A DNA stretch of 32,000 bases, from positions 57,186 through 89,185 of the forward strand of contig NZ_BCZP01000023.1 in NCBI RefSeq assembly GCF_001598795.1, read 5' to 3'. Made by a program: the position numbers and the translations under genes. The notes below the pieces were generated by a model that had not been told where the DNA came from, did no database searches, and saw only the letters and a program-made list of their open reading frames with translations. This document shows positions 21,309 through 28,253 of the stretch, in pieces. The DNA comes from Delftia acidovorans NBRC 14950. Its GTDB lineage: Bacteria; Pseudomonadota; Gammaproteobacteria; Burkholderiales; Burkholderiaceae_C. Each line of letters begins with the position of its first letter. Within the stretch, counting starts at the first letter, position 1.

Positions 21309-22519
21309 GCAATCTCTCCACGGGCAACCGGCAGACCGTCCCGCAGTGCGCCCGGGCGGCTGGCCGCCAGGCACCAAACAATCACGGTCACCAGCGCAGC
21401 TGCGCCGCCCGTATGCAGCACCGCGGCCACCAGCGGCCAATCGAGCACCACGTTCGACAGGCCTGTCAGCACTTGCAGCACCAAAAACGCACCCAGCACG
21501 CGGCGCTGCGACGCCAGTGCGGGCACTTCACCCAAACGCCACCACAGCCCGGCCAGCGCAGCCACCACCACATAGGCCGCCAGGCGGTGCAGATAGTGGA
21601 TGGCCGTGAGGCCCGCAAAGCTGATGTTGCTGCCGTCCTGCAGCAGGCCCAGCGGACGCCAGATCTGCAGCGCCTGCGAAAAATCCATGGCCGGCCACCA
21701 ACTGCCCTGGCAGGTCGGGAAACTGCTGCAGGCCAGCACCGCATAGTTGGTGCTGACCCAGCCGCCCAGCGCCACCTGCAGCACCAGCAGCGCAAGGCCC
21801 AGCCACAGCCCCGCGCGCAGCGCGGGTGAAATCACGGTCGCCCTTTGCTGGCGCGCAGCACGGCTCAACCCCACGGCGGGCACGCACAGCAAGGCCAGCA
21901 GCCCCGTGCCGCCCAGCAGGTGCAGGGTCACGATGGCCGGGAAAAGCTTCATGGTCACGGTCCAGGCGCCAAAGGCACCCTGCAGGCAGACCCAGAACAG
22001 CGCCAGCGTGGGCCACCACGGACTCAGGGCACCGCCTGTGCCCTCGGCCCCTGTACGCTCGGCCCCTGTACGCTCGGCCCCTGCGCCACCCGCCCTGCCC
22101 AGGCGCCGCGCGCGCCGCCAGGCCATGATGGTCATGGCGATGATGAGCACGCCCACGGTGGTGGCCAGATAGCGGTGGACCATCTCTATCCATGCCTTGC
22201 CATGCGTCACCGGCCCGGTGGGCATGGCGGCCTGCGCCTCGGCAATCTGCGCGCGGGCGCCCATGGGGCTGGCGCTGCCATAGCAGCCCGGCCAATCGGG
22301 GCAGCCCAGGCCGGAATCGGTCAGGCGGGTGAAGGCGCCGAACAGCACTAGATCGAAGGTCAGGAACAGCGTGAGCACCGACAGCGCCTGCAGCCGCTTG
22401 AGCGAGCCGCCGCTGCGATTGCGCAGCCACACCCAGGCCAGGGGGCCCAGCGCCAGCAACAGGCCCAGCAGCATCAGCTCCAGAACGGGGGCCAGATCGT
22501 ACAGCGCCTGTTCGCTCAC
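21305..22519 (-). CDS. ctaA: Heme A synthase (COX15/CtaA)
   Basis: [21 protein letters not shown] and the paired His-containing helices are typical of COX15. I chose the GTG at 22519, preceded by GGAGG with a 6-nt spacer. The track start at 22840 adds an unlikely leader. Confidence 0.85.
   Translation of the reverse strand: MSEQALYDLAPVLELMLLGLLLALGPLAWVWLRNRSGGSLKRLQALSVLTLFLTFDLVLFGAFTRLTDSGLGCPDWPGCYGSASPMGARAQIAEAQAAMPTGPVTHGKAWIEMVHRYLATTVGVLIIAMTIMAWRRARRLGRAGGAGAERTGAERTGAEGTGGALSPWWPTLALFWVCLQGAFGAWTVTMKLFPAIVTLHLLGGTGLLALLCVPAVGLSRAARQQRATVISPALRAGLWLGLALLVLQVALGGWVSTNYAVLACSSFPTCQGSWWPAMDFSQALQIWRPLGLLQDGSNISFAGLTAIHYLHRLAAYVVVAALAGLWWRLGEVPALASQRRVLGAFLVLQVLTGLSNVVLDWPLVAAVLHTGGAAALVTVIVWCLAASRPGALRDGLPVARGEIA
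22043..22084. repeat. 15-bp in-frame tandem repeat (about 2.8 copies) inside ctaA
   Basis: CTCGGCCCCTGTACG occurs twice, followed by the partial copy CTCGGCCCCTGC. It encodes [16 protein letters not shown] in the central loop. Confidence 0.85.
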
Positions 22520-22945
22520 GCCCGCCCTCCGCAGCGCGGCGTGCACCACACGGCATGGCCCCCGGGCAAGCCGAAAGGCAATGCCGCAGGCGCATCCGGT
22601 TGGCGACAGCAGATCTTCATAAATGAGAGCAATTTGACGAGAAGGCTCAGCCCCATGCGCGAGATTGGATCGCAGGCCGGGCCTACAGAGAATCAGGACA
22701 TGCACCCAGATACAGGCAGTGGGACGGCGCCCCATGCACAAGGCCCGCCAAGCGGGCCCGGTCGCTGCAACTTTCAGAGCAGCATGTCTTTGATATGAAA
22801 CAATTCTACTTGGCTGCGAACCGCTCAAGCGCCCACGCATGCAGTGCCCCTAGATCGCAGCCAGCTTCTTTTGGCCGGTGCGATGCGGCTTGGGCCTGGC
22901 GCACACGAATTTCCACAGGACCCTGCCCAAGGCGTCGGCGGCCCA

Positions 22946-22968
22946 GCTTTACACGACTGCTCAGATTC
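22946..22968 (+). repeat. Direct repeat copy 1 (ACTGCTCAGATTCGCTCAgaTTC), itself containing tandem GCTCAGATTC x2
   Basis: Read directly. 18/18 identical (21/23 overall) to copy 2 at 23269-23291. Lies 74 nt upstream of the 23042 ATG. Confidence 0.9.
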
Positions 22969-23041
22969 GCTCAGATTCAGACACCTCACGTTCCTTAGAT
23001 TGGTGGTTTCACTTGGGGACCGGCAACTGCCGGGTGAGGCC

Positions 23042-23263
23042 ATGATTGCAGGAGGCTCGTGGACTGTGCTTGATGGGCACGGACACGAAATCGGGCGTGT
23101 CGAAGGCGATGAATTCGTCCGGTGCGGGACCAGGCTCATCTACCGCATCGATGGACCGGCGCTGTACTCCATGGACGGTTCGGCCAGACTGATGGGCTTT
23201 ATCGAAGGGACCGAGGTCAGAACGCGGCAAGGCCGGATCTTCCTCAAATTTCTCGCACATTGA
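23042..23263 (+). CDS. Hypothetical 73-aa protein with an internal duplicated motif
   Basis: ATG at 23042 preceded by GGTGAGG. An internal repeat DG-x4-[IM]G-x-[VI]EG-x-E occurs twice (DGHGHEIGRVEGDE and DGSARLMGFIEGTE), which argues for a real structured beta-rich protein. No family assigned. Confidence 0.5.
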   Translation: MIAGGSWTVLDGHGHEIGRVEGDEFVRCGTRLIYRIDGPALYSMDGSARLMGFIEGTEVRTRQGRIFLKFLAH

Positions 23264-23268
23264 TCCGC

Positions 23269-23291
23269 ACTGCTCAGATTCGCTCATCTTC
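23269..23291 (+). repeat. Direct repeat copy 2 (ACTGCTCAGATTCGCTCAtcTTC)
   Basis: Lies 5 nt after the stop of the 73-aa ORF and 63 nt upstream of the next ORF. Confidence 0.9.
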
Positions 23292-23353
23292 GACCGCACA
23301 AAGCCGGGGAGACTCCACGCCCATGAAAACTGCCAGGCAATGGACCACCTTCT

Positions 23354-23749
23354 GTGCGCGAGCTCTCGAACAATGACTTCAATGATTTCTGGGAAGGCAT
23401 CGCCCAGGACAAACCCCTGAGGACGCCGGACAAGGGTCGCACCGCGTCCTTCACCGTCACCCGCCGCAATGCCACCGGCCTGGAGGTCCGAACGAACAAG
23501 GGCAACACGGTGCGCATACGGCGAGAAGCCTTCTGCGCCGTGCTGCGACATCTTGCCCAGGACCATCACGGCCTGGAGCGCCCCTGCGTTGTGGCATCCA
23601 GCTATGACGTGCCGGGCTTTCTGGGCTTTGCCGCCAAGCAGGCCAACGACAACGCGGCCGTGGTGATCACCTACATCCTGCCGATTCTGCAGGACGCGGG
23701 CATCGTCGGGATCGACGGCAACCGGCCCAACCGCACCTGGCTGCTCTGA
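23354..23749 (+). CDS. Hypothetical 131-aa protein
   Basis: Protein-like composition (NDFNDFWEGIAQDKP ... VVITYILPILQDAGIVGIDGNRPNRTWLL). GTG start without a clear SD and no internal Met. An 18-codon upstream ORF (23323-23376) overlaps the start. No family recognised. Confidence 0.5.
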   Translation: MRELSNNDFNDFWEGIAQDKPLRTPDKGRTASFTVTRRNATGLEVRTNKGNTVRIRREAFCAVLRHLAQDHHGLERPCVVASSYDVPGFLGFAAKQANDNAAVVITYILPILQDAGIVGIDGNRPNRTWLL

Positions 23750-23912
23750 TCGCGCCGGCAGACTCCGGCTCCTGGGCGCCGGGTCGATGACAATCTATGT
23801 CAATTCATTCATAGCCAATCACTAAGACGCACAGATAATTGCCGGCATTCGTGTGAATTGTGAGAAGGGTCCGGACCACGCTCCGCGCCCTTCGATGCTG
23901 GAGGATTGGCAG

Positions 23913-24095
23913 ATGAGCGCCCCGGAAATGGAGGCCATACAGGAGCGGCTGAAGAAGCTGCGGGCCGACGAGGCGCTGGTTGCCGAGCAACTGGACCGGC
24001 TGCAGGCCCAAAAGGCTGCGCTGCAGCACAGGCTGGCCATGATCCAGGGCGCCGTGCAGGTGCTTGAAGAGATGCGTCAGGAGCTGGGGCCATGA
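23913..24095 (+). CDS. Hypothetical 60-aa coiled-coil protein
   Basis: ATG at 23913 preceded by GGAGG with an 8-nt spacer. Heptad-like sequence EAIQERLKKLRADEALVAEQLDRLQAQKAALQHRLAMIQGAVQVLEEMRQEL. The stop overlaps the next start (ATGA). Confidence 0.5.
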   Translation: MSAPEMEAIQERLKKLRADEALVAEQLDRLQAQKAALQHRLAMIQGAVQVLEEMRQELGP

Positions 24096-24346
24096 ACCGT
24101 GGCAAGCCCGTCTCACCACCCGCCTCACCCTGCGCATCGCCCACCTCCACCTTGCCCACAGCCGAAGACTGGCTGGCAAGAATTGCGGCGCTGGATGCCA
24201 CACAGCCCCCTCCCACCCCGCCCCGTTTGCGCAACCCACGCAAGGCAAAGCGCCGCAGGGCGGTCACCATCGTGGCAATGGTCGTGCTGCTGGCGCTGCT
24301 GGCCATCGCCCTGGCCGTGGCGGTGCAGTTGATGTGGGTCAAGTAG
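24092..24346 (+). CDS. Hypothetical 84-aa C-terminally anchored membrane protein
   Basis: Pro-rich N-terminal half, then the basic cluster RKAKRRRA, then TM VTIVAMVVLLALLAIALAVAVQLMWV at the extreme C-terminus. Translationally coupled to the upstream ORF. Confidence 0.55.
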   Translation: MNRGKPVSPPASPCASPTSTLPTAEDWLARIAALDATQPPPTPPRLRNPRKAKRRRAVTIVAMVVLLALLAIALAVAVQLMWVK

Positions 24347-24497
24347 CTGTCACACGGCAGCAGCGGAAAGAGCCTTCAAGCGTGAAGCCAACCGAGCCGG
24401 GGCTGCTGTATACCCTCACATCCTGGCGAAGTCCCCATATTGTTTGCATGCTCACTTACGCCTAGCATGTGTCCACACTCAACGCAGTGGAGGTGCC

Positions 24498-24779
24498 ATG
24501 GCCGATCCCGAAGAACCACTGGAAGTACGCTCAGAACGCTGGCAGTCGCTGAAGGGGCTGGACATCGCCTCCGTGGATCTGGGCCCCATCTGCGTGGTGC
24601 TCATGCTGACGCTGGTCTGCATGGCCGTGATGATGCTGCTGGCCAAATCCGGCACCGAGCAAGCACGGCAGGCCCAGCCATCGTCCCAGGCCAAGGGCCC
24701 GGCTCCCCGGCCGAAGCCGGCGCAGCCCGTGACCGAACCCGCCCAGCAACAGACCTGGACACCGGCCTTGCGCACCTGA
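24498..24779 (+). CDS. Hypothetical 93-aa single-pass membrane protein with a Pro/Gln-rich tail
   Basis: ATG at 24498 preceded by GGAGGTGCC. TM LGPICVVLMLTLVCMAVMMLLA. A sigma70-like TTGTTT-N17-TAGCAT lies at 24440-24468. Confidence 0.5.
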   Translation: MADPEEPLEVRSERWQSLKGLDIASVDLGPICVVLMLTLVCMAVMMLLAKSGTEQARQAQPSSQAKGPAPRPKPAQPVTEPAQQQTWTPALRT

Positions 24780-24828
24780 GGGCGACCTAAGGCCGACCTG
24801 AGGGCGTCAAGGCCAGGCCGCAGCACCT

Positions 24829-25617
24829 TCAGAGTTTCACCGAACGTGTCGCAATGAAGGTCGGCACGAACTTCTCGATCACAAAACGGGCATGGGGCTG
24901 CCAGTCTTCATGAAAGCCCGTCAGCACCAACCCCGCATCCAGCTGGCCGCCGATCTGATCGGCCAGCGTATGCCCGAACACCAGCGCCTCATTGCGCTCC
25001 CGCTTGGCATCGATCGCTGCGGGCGGCAAATCCACCACATCGGAATACGGAAGGCGCCGCGCAGGCCGCATGAGGCCTTGCTCGCGCAACGCGGGATCGC
25101 GGTCCTCCACGAAGACCACCGGATTCCAGAAGCTGGACAGAAGGCGCCCACCCTTCGCGAGCACCCGCGCGCATTCACGCCATACGGGCCGCACATCAGG
25201 CACGTAGAGGTTGGAGATGGGGTGAAAGACCACATCGAAGCCGGCATCTGCAAAAACGCCCAGATCACGCATGTCGCCCTGCACGCAGGTCAGCGCAAGG
25301 CCTTCGCGCTGCGCCACATGCCGGTCCTGCGCAAGCTGCCCGGCAGAGGCATCGAACACGGTGACCTGCGCGCCCGCCGCCGCAAGAATGGGCCCCTGCT
25401 GGCCGCCGCCGCCGGCAAGGCAGAGGATGCGCAGGCCGCGCACATCATCCAGCCAGCCCGCTGGCAAGGGGCCGGGCGTGAGCCGCGCCTGCCAGCTTCC
25501 GGCACGGGCCCGGGCTATTTCAGCGCTGTCGACCGGGCGCGACCAGTCGCAGTCTTTCGCTGCCTGCAGGTTCCAGGCAGCGGTGTTGTGGGCAAGGATG
25601 TCGATGGGTTCTGTCAT
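24829..25617 (-). CDS. Class I SAM-dependent methyltransferase (small-molecule/protein type, not an obvious DNA MTase)
   Basis: 262 aa from the ATG at 25617. Motif I ILCLAGGGGQQGPILAAAGAQVTVFD. N-terminal HNTAAWN and the motif QGDMRDL match a widespread Methyltransf_11-like family. No DPPY/NPPY or cytosine-C5 motifs. Confidence 0.85.
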   Translation of the reverse strand: MTEPIDILAHNTAAWNLQAAKDCDWSRPVDSAEIARARAGSWQARLTPGPLPAGWLDDVRGLRILCLAGGGGQQGPILAAAGAQVTVFDASAGQLAQDRHVAQREGLALTCVQGDMRDLGVFADAGFDVVFHPISNLYVPDVRPVWRECARVLAKGGRLLSSFWNPVVFVEDRDPALREQGLMRPARRLPYSDVVDLPPAAIDAKRERNEALVFGHTLADQIGGQLDAGLVLTGFHEDWQPHARFVIEKFVPTFIATRSVKL

Positions 25618-26031
25618 GGGCACTCTTTCAAAAAGAGGCCGCACGGCGACGCGAGGTTGCGTTCAGAAAACGCGGAGCAGTCAACGGGCATGAAGGTGGT
25701 GACGCGGGCGTCCGCCGTGGGCCGGCAATGGGCTTCGGGGGATCGGTCGGACAAGGGTCCGAAGGCGTCACAGGTTCATGTCAGGCTCGCAGCGGTCGCA
25801 GGGATGGAAGAGACAAATTCTAAGACTGCGCAAATTGCACTGTCAAACCACTGCGGCGCGTTCCCCACACGGTCATGCGAAAGTCACAACCGTGAGACGG
25901 CTTGGCTGTAAGTTGAGCACGCACCCTCAATGGCGCTGGCTTCTGCTGCGCCATGGCGCGCCCACTGACGACCGGCCTTTCCCAACCCGGCGCCCAATGG
26001 ATACCGAGGAGCAACACTTTGAAGGAGAGCT

Positions 26032-26229
26032 ATGCGTAGTCCCAAGAAAGGCCGAGAGCCAATCCGGCTCATGGACCTGGCCCCCGCCGTCTTCTGCCTC
26101 CAGTGCGAACAGGAAAAACCCGCCACAGGAGCCCGCCAATTCCACGCGTGGCATGTGTGCAGCGACTGCTCGCAGAAGTTGGCCCAACTCCCCCCGGCGC
26201 AAGCACCCACGGCGCACCCCACGCACTGA
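26032..26229 (+). CDS. Hypothetical 65-aa C4 zinc-ribbon protein
   Basis: Strong SD GAAGGAGAGCT before the ATG. CLQC-X17-CSDC gives four Cys with DksA/TraR-like spacing. Followed by a strong terminator. Confidence 0.6.
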   Translation: MRSPKKGREPIRLMDLAPAVFCLQCEQEKPATGARQFHAWHVCSDCSQKLAQLPPAQAPTAHPTH

Positions 26230-26250
26230 GGCAAGCGATTCCCCAAAACG

Positions 26251-26274
26251 AAAGCCCGCCAGATGGCGGGCTTT
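26251..26274. terminator. Bidirectional intrinsic terminator
   Basis: AAAGCCCGCC-agat-GGCGGGCTTT between the convergent zinc-ribbon ORF and the small membrane ORF. Confidence 0.7.
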
Positions 26275-26326
26275 CTCATGCCCTTGCGGACATGAGCGGG
26301 CGCGGGAGCGGGACGTCGATGCGCGC

Positions 26327-26476
26327 CTACCAGGGCACAAACATGATCACCAGTGCCACAGCCACGATAGCGGCAACGATGTACATGGTTCGCTTGGTAG
26401 CGAACCGGTTGCGGGACGACGAGGTGGGCACTTGGCCCGGGGTGTTGGGAGTAGGTTTGTTCATGGCCTCAAGCAT
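26327..26476 (-). CDS. Hypothetical small membrane protein (about 45-49 aa)
   Basis: MLEAMNKPTPNTPGQVPTSSSRNRFATKRTMYIVAAIVAVALVIMFVPW: a basic stretch followed by a C-terminal TM. Start at ATG 26476 or 26464. A terminator lies downstream. Confidence 0.45.
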   Translation of the reverse strand: MLEAMNKPTPNTPGQVPTSSSRNRFATKRTMYIVAAIVAVALVIMFVPW

Positions 26477-26607
26477 GGTCGCCGCCCGGGACCGGCCCTG
26501 TCGGACAAGCACAGCTAAGGCAATCAGCGCAGAGCATGACAAGGGCGTCGGCCTTGGCGCAAGGTGACGCTTGTGAACTGCCGTGGGCTCACTGAGCGCA
26601 AGTGGCC

Positions 26608-26636
26608 AGAAAAGACAAAGCCCGCGAGTGCGGGCT
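26608..26636 (-). terminator. Intrinsic terminator of the H-NS gene
   Basis: On the minus strand, AGCCCGC-actc-GCGGGCT is followed by TTGTCTTTTCT, starting 6 nt after the stop. Confidence 0.65.
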
Positions 26637-26641
26637 GTTGG

Positions 26642-26929
26642 TCAGATTTCGAAGGCAGTGCGGTCCACTGCATCCTTGATCCACGCAGGAGGCTTGCCCC
26701 GGCCGGTCCACGTTGCGCCGGTGGACGGATCACGGTACTTGGCCACGCCTGCACCGACGGGCGACTTGCGCTTGCCCGTGCTGAACACATCTTCCTGGGT
26801 CAATTGGAATTGCTGGACGAGCTCGCGAACCTTGGCGATGGCCCCGCCTTTTTCGGCTTTCAGGACTTCGGCAATGCGTGCTTCGATCTCTGCCTTTTGC
26901 TGCAGGAGCGTCTTGTAATCAGGTGTCAT
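26642..26929 (-). CDS. hns: H-NS family nucleoid-associated protein (xenogeneic-silencer type)
   Basis: 95 aa with an N-terminal coiled coil (LLQQKAEIEARIAEVLKAEK). The C-terminal motif YRDPSTGATWTGRGKPPAWI is the H-NS DNA-binding signature (TWTGRG.P.W). Confidence 0.9.
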   Translation of the reverse strand: MTPDYKTLLQQKAEIEARIAEVLKAEKGGAIAKVRELVQQFQLTQEDVFSTGKRKSPVGAGVAKYRDPSTGATWTGRGKPPAWIKDAVDRTAFEI

Positions 26930-26947
26930 GGACTTTTCTTGGGTTGT

Positions 26948-26976
26948 ATGCTAGCGAGTCAGCATTCTATGCACAA
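26948..26976 (-). promoter_or_regulatory. Candidate sigma70 promoter of the H-NS gene (TTGTGC-N17-TAGCAT on the minus strand)
   Basis: Hexamers and the 17-nt spacer read directly in an AT-richer divergent region. The -10 ends about 19 nt upstream of the ATG. Confidence 0.35.
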
Positions 26977-27063
26977 AATGCCGCGCTGACATACCTTTGC
27001 ATCGCAAACCGAAGGTTGCGGACACAACAACACTCTCAACCTCCAGAGGTATAGAGTGGCGCA

Positions 27064-27306
27064 ATGAACAAAGCACTGGAACTCTCAGGAATCGCGCTGG
27101 TGGCCCTGGCGCTCAGCGCATGCGCCCAACAGAAGCTGGCACCCTCCGTGGGCATGGCCAATCCCGCATCGGTCTATTGCGGTGAAATCGGCGGACAAGT
27201 CCGGATGGAGAAGACGCCCCAGGGCCAGGAAGGCATCTGCGTGCTGCCGAACGGCACGGAAATGGAAGAGTGGACGCTGTACCGCAAGGACCATCCGGCC
27301 AAGTAG
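27064..27306 (+). CDS. DUF333-family small lipoprotein
   Basis: 80 aa with lipobox LALSAC. NPASVYCGEIGG ... GICVLPNGTEMEEW matches the DUF333 pattern. Confidence 0.85.
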   Translation: MNKALELSGIALVALALSACAQQKLAPSVGMANPASVYCGEIGGQVRMEKTPQGQEGICVLPNGTEMEEWTLYRKDHPAK

Positions 27307-27643
27307 TGGGATAGCGCTCTGCACGAAACACAAGCAAGTCGTTAACGCCCCGCCGTCAACCTGCTGCAGTTCCACCTCGGTGGCCATCAGGGCCACAACG
27401 TACTGGCGTGTTCCGTCCAAATCCCGCGCGACCTCCGGCGGTAAATCAGCGCGCAGCACTTGACCATCCAGGGTGCCTTCACGCAGCAGACCTGCAACTT
27501 CTTTACACGACGTAAAGCTTTCCTTCAGAAAAGGTCTGCATATTGGCCAGCAACGGATTCCGCCGAGCCTGGGAGCTTTCTCCTCCCTCCCTCTCAAATC
27601 CCTTCCCCAGGCACGCCACCACGGCATCGGCATTTTTCTTCCA

Positions 27644-27680
27644 GGGCCCGCAGCTTCGCCGCTTGCGGGCCCTTTTCGTT
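27644..27680 (+). terminator. Strong orphan intrinsic terminator (plus strand) with no recognisable gene upstream
   Basis: GGGCCCGCA-gcttcgccgct-TGCGGGCCC (perfect 9-bp stem) followed by TTTTCGTT. The nearest upstream plus-strand CDS ends 338 nt earlier. Confidence 0.6.
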
Positions 27681-27949
27681 GCCGGATCGCAGCGCCCGCA
27701 CCCCAGCAATTCATCCATCCTGATGACGGACGAACGCTGGCCGGACGTGGCGCGCTGATAGAGGCAACGCGACACGCTTGCCCTTCAACGGCCGCAGCTC
27801 CAAGCGGACACCGTGTCGAAAGAACTCATACATACGGAGCATGCTCGACCTACATGAGCACCCTTACTTGGCTCGCACAGGGAAGCCTCACAAGCAGTTG
27901 AAATAGCGTCTGTCCCGAGACCCGCAATGCCCTGCTGATGGAGATAAGC

Positions 27950-28138
27950 ATGAGTCAAGTCGTACCGAGTGAGTCTTTCAATCCGGACCCTGATGCCCGC
28001 TACCACCGGAGTCTCCTGGATGCCTTTCCGGTAAGGGGCAGCTACCAGCTCATTCAGTTGCGCAGCACCAGATCTCGCAGCCCCTTCCGACGTTTTGCGA
28101 AGGCTTGCATTCGGGCGGTTCGCGCACTTGTTCAATGA
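27950..28138 (+). CDS. Possible 62-aa leader ORF upstream of the hydrophobic peptide ORF
   Basis: ATG at 27950 preceded by GGAG with a 6-nt spacer. The stop lies 16 nt before the next ATG. The Arg-rich C-terminus and neutral codon bias mean it may not be translated into a functional protein. Confidence 0.25.
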   Translation: MSQVVPSESFNPDPDARYHRSLLDAFPVRGSYQLIQLRSTRSRSPFRRFAKACIRAVRALVQ

Positions 28139-28154
28139 CTTGAAGGAGATTGTG

Positions 28155-28253
28155 ATGCGACATATTTTCCTCACATTTTTCTGGTCCGTCGTGACCCTCA
28201 TCTCGCTGTACATCTCCACGCTGGCAGGGCCGATGTTCCCCGTCACGAGCTGA
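28155..28253 (+). CDS. 32-aa hydrophobic peptide, candidate type I toxin or small membrane protein
   Basis: Too short for the ORF track. GAAGGAGA lies 6 nt before the ATG. Translation: MRHIFLTFFWSVVTLISLYISTLAGPMFPVTS (charged N-terminus plus a 22-residue TM). Third-codon positions are strongly G/C, unlike the surrounding sequence. Confidence 0.45.
   Translation: MRHIFLTFFWSVVTLISLYISTLAGPMFPVTS

Noticed and set aside
22812-22862. Inverted repeat GGCTGCGA ... TCGCAGCC with a GGTTCGC-like element, considered as a tRNA fragment or att site
   Set aside because: No cloverleaf can be drawn: the T-loop and T-stem do not pair and there is no acceptor stem. The 35-nt loop also makes it a poor terminator. 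I kept it only as a landmark in the junction region.
23851-23864. GTGTGAATTGTGAG, resembling the left half of lacO1
   Set aside because: Only a half-site with one deletion. There is no right half and no vector or lac context. I judge it coincidental.
24775-24816. 22-bp imperfect tandem (CCTGAGGGCG...AAGGCC, two copies) between convergent genes
   Set aside because: Only two degenerate copies with no hairpin potential. It is likely a local duplication without a clear role.
25778-26518. 246-aa plus-strand ORF spanning 25.8-26.5 kb
   Set aside because: It reads through a strong bidirectional terminator and overlaps two better-supported small genes, one of which has a strong SD. The composition is Arg/Pro/Ser-rich.
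27700-28100. Possible tyrosine-integrase remnant on the minus strand (RYDLTH resembling HDLRH, and DELLGCG resembling ELLGH)
   Set aside because: The two pseudo-motifs are about 83 codons apart, whereas I recall roughly 25 in real integrases. No other integrase box (R..., terminal Y) is visible. This is most likely chance.
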